Assembly (NCBI GenBank): GCA_977020255.1
Contig: CDROCS010001033.1
Location: 62,001 to 126,000, forward strand
Direction: 5' to 3'
DNA: 64,000 nucleotides
From: Obrimoposthia wandeli
Lineage: Eukaryota
Shown here piece by piece: positions 62,000-64,000 of the stretch; within the stretch, counting starts at the first letter, position 1; every line of letters begins with the position of its first letter. A program made the position numbers and the translations under genes. A model generated the notes under the pieces. That model had not been told where the DNA came from. It made no database searches and worked only from the letters and a program-made list of their open reading frames with translations.

Positions 62000-64000
62000 T
62001 GTTAGATTAAGGAAAATTGAAATTAAGATAAATTATAATAATTATTTATACTAAAATTTAAACCTCAAAAATCTGTTAGAATTAAGAAACTAAAACTAAA
62101 ATAAGTAATAAATATTATTTGTACAAAAAATTCTACATTAAAAATCAAAGGTTAAAATAAATGTAATATTAAAAATTTTAAATAAAATGATTTTAAAACA
62201 AAATAAATTAAAATAAATTAGTACCTTGAAAAGGTCGTGTAAAAATGTATAAAGGATGAGTAAAAACAGTGTGAAAACGCCCGCAAAGAAGATAAGTCAA
62301 AAGTAAAAAGAAGTCAGAAAATCAAAGTATTCGCAGAAAATTAATAATTAAGTTGAAAATTTACTTGCTGAGAATTTGACAGACTGTGCGGAGGAGAAAA
62401 AACCATTAGTCTACGATCGAAGGAGAATCCATTAGTGAATCTGCATCGTCTCGTAAGTAGATTTTATTTTGTGCGAACCTAACCAGCTGCGCAGGAGACT
62501 CCACTCTGAAAAAAAATCCATTAGCAGCAGACTAAAAAGCACTCAACTCAGTAAGCTACGGGAAGCAGAAGGCATTTCCCATCTACAAAAATCAGGGTGA
62601 AATCAATTATCGTGTGAGAGTAACCACCTGCAGGAATAAGAACTCAGACAGAGTCCATTAGCCGCAGCTGAGTTCCACCGAGCAGCATCCAGGGAGCAGC
62701 AGCAGGACTGAACAGAGTGAGTTTTGCCATATATGCAAATTATTTTAAGACTAGTTGCAGAAATAATATCAAAATAGCAGAAAAAATCAAGATTCAAATC
62801 ATAACAATCGGAATTGATGAAACTTTGGAGAAACATTGTTAAAGTTATTAGAATTGGTAAAACTTTGGGGAAACATTGATAAAGATACTGGAATTGGTAA
62901 AACTTTGGAGAGACAAATTGAACAAGCGCGAGTAAACTACATCGATAAAGATATTGGAATTGATAAAACTTTCGAGAGACATTGATAAAGATATTCGAAT
63001 TGGTGAGTAAAATTATATTTTGAATTTCAAAAGCTTTATTGACTAAACATAATTGAATTGAAAAACGTCACAGATTTTAAAACATCATTTGAATTTAAAA
63101 AGCTTTATTGAGAAACATAGTTGAATAAATTCTACGTGAGAGTCTGATCATCTGTCGTAGGATACATCTCAAAACCACTTAGTGATCCTGAGAGAAAACC
63201 CAACGAGAAAATCGGAAGGTAATTTGAATTTTCTGTGTGAGAGTTGGATCATATGTTTTTTAGGAAAAACCTCTCAGAAAATCCATTAGTGTTCGTTTTG
63301 AGGATCGAGTCGCAGAACACATCTCCCAAACCACTTAGAGTCCGTGGATAAGGCCGAGGTAAATTTTGATATAAAAAGGAATTTATTTCCTAATAATTAC
63401 AGAAAAAATATCAGAATAGCAGAACAATTTGGAACTACGAATCAGGCAGACTATACTTGAAATTAAGCAAAGTTATTTGAATTTGAACAAAGTTATTTGA
63501 AGTTGAAGAAAGTTATTTGAATTTAAAGAAAGTTATTTGAGTTGAAAGGTTTGGAGGTATAAATCGCACAAATGGGAATTGGTGAGTAAAATTACATTTT
63601 AAATTGAAAAGCTATTGAGTAAAATTACATTTTGAATTGAAAAGTGTATTGAAGTAAATAATTCTTGAATTAAAAGTAAAACTTAGACTAAAGGAGAATT
63701 GATTTACGTTGATTGGAAAAGTGAAATTGTAAAAGTGAAATGACCATAATATTGTATAAGGGTAGAGATAGTATACTTTAGTAAATATTTAGATAAACGG
63801 GTAGTAAGACACGGGGAATAATTTGAAGGGTGATTATAGCAGAAGGCGTATCAAAATATACGCATAGAAAAGTGTCAACCCTATTGTGTATTTCTGTAGT
63901 AATTTTAGGAAATTCTAAGTGTGCTAAGTTAAATATAGTTATTCTAGCGAAATCGATCGAAGATTCATTCCGAGTTAACTCCCTTGTGACATTCGTGTGC
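62000..64000 (+). mobile_element. Further LTR-family copy running off the window end
   Basis: Starts TGTTAG; repeated gaattggtgagtaaaa motifs as in 36711-38195; 63917-64000 matches 36170-36260. Confidence 0.6.

Overview
AT-rich eukaryotic (most likely invertebrate animal) genomic DNA with very short spliceosomal introns (37-50 nt) alongside huge TE-filled introns. Two host genes lie head-to-head: gamma-SNAP (minus strand, 6 exons, 21957-44981, last intron about 18.6 kb) and a YTHDC2/Bgcn-like DExH helicase (plus strand, from about 54855, continuing past the last exon seen at 61720). The first 21 kb is a nest of Maverick/Polinton (adintovirus-like) remnants: packaging ATPase x2, a pX-like core protein, integrase pieces and a pPolB N-terminal region. 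One copy is preceded by a putative host-manipulation cassette: IAP, a spliced TBP-like gene and a catalytically dead DUSP. Between the two host genes is a truncated Gypsy-like element with three extra ORFs after the integrase: an FN3-domain type I membrane protein, a coiled-coil ORF, and an RRM-like/DEDDh exonuclease with a C-terminal SUMO-interacting motif. Also present are three copies of an intronless TAF4-like histone-fold gene, a hAT transposon and a hAT-type MITE with perfect 8-bp TSDs, Tc1/mariner remnants, and a family of about 1.5-kb solo LTRs with 4-bp TSDs and a conserved structured 3' core. All protein assignments are by-eye motif recognition; no searches were run.
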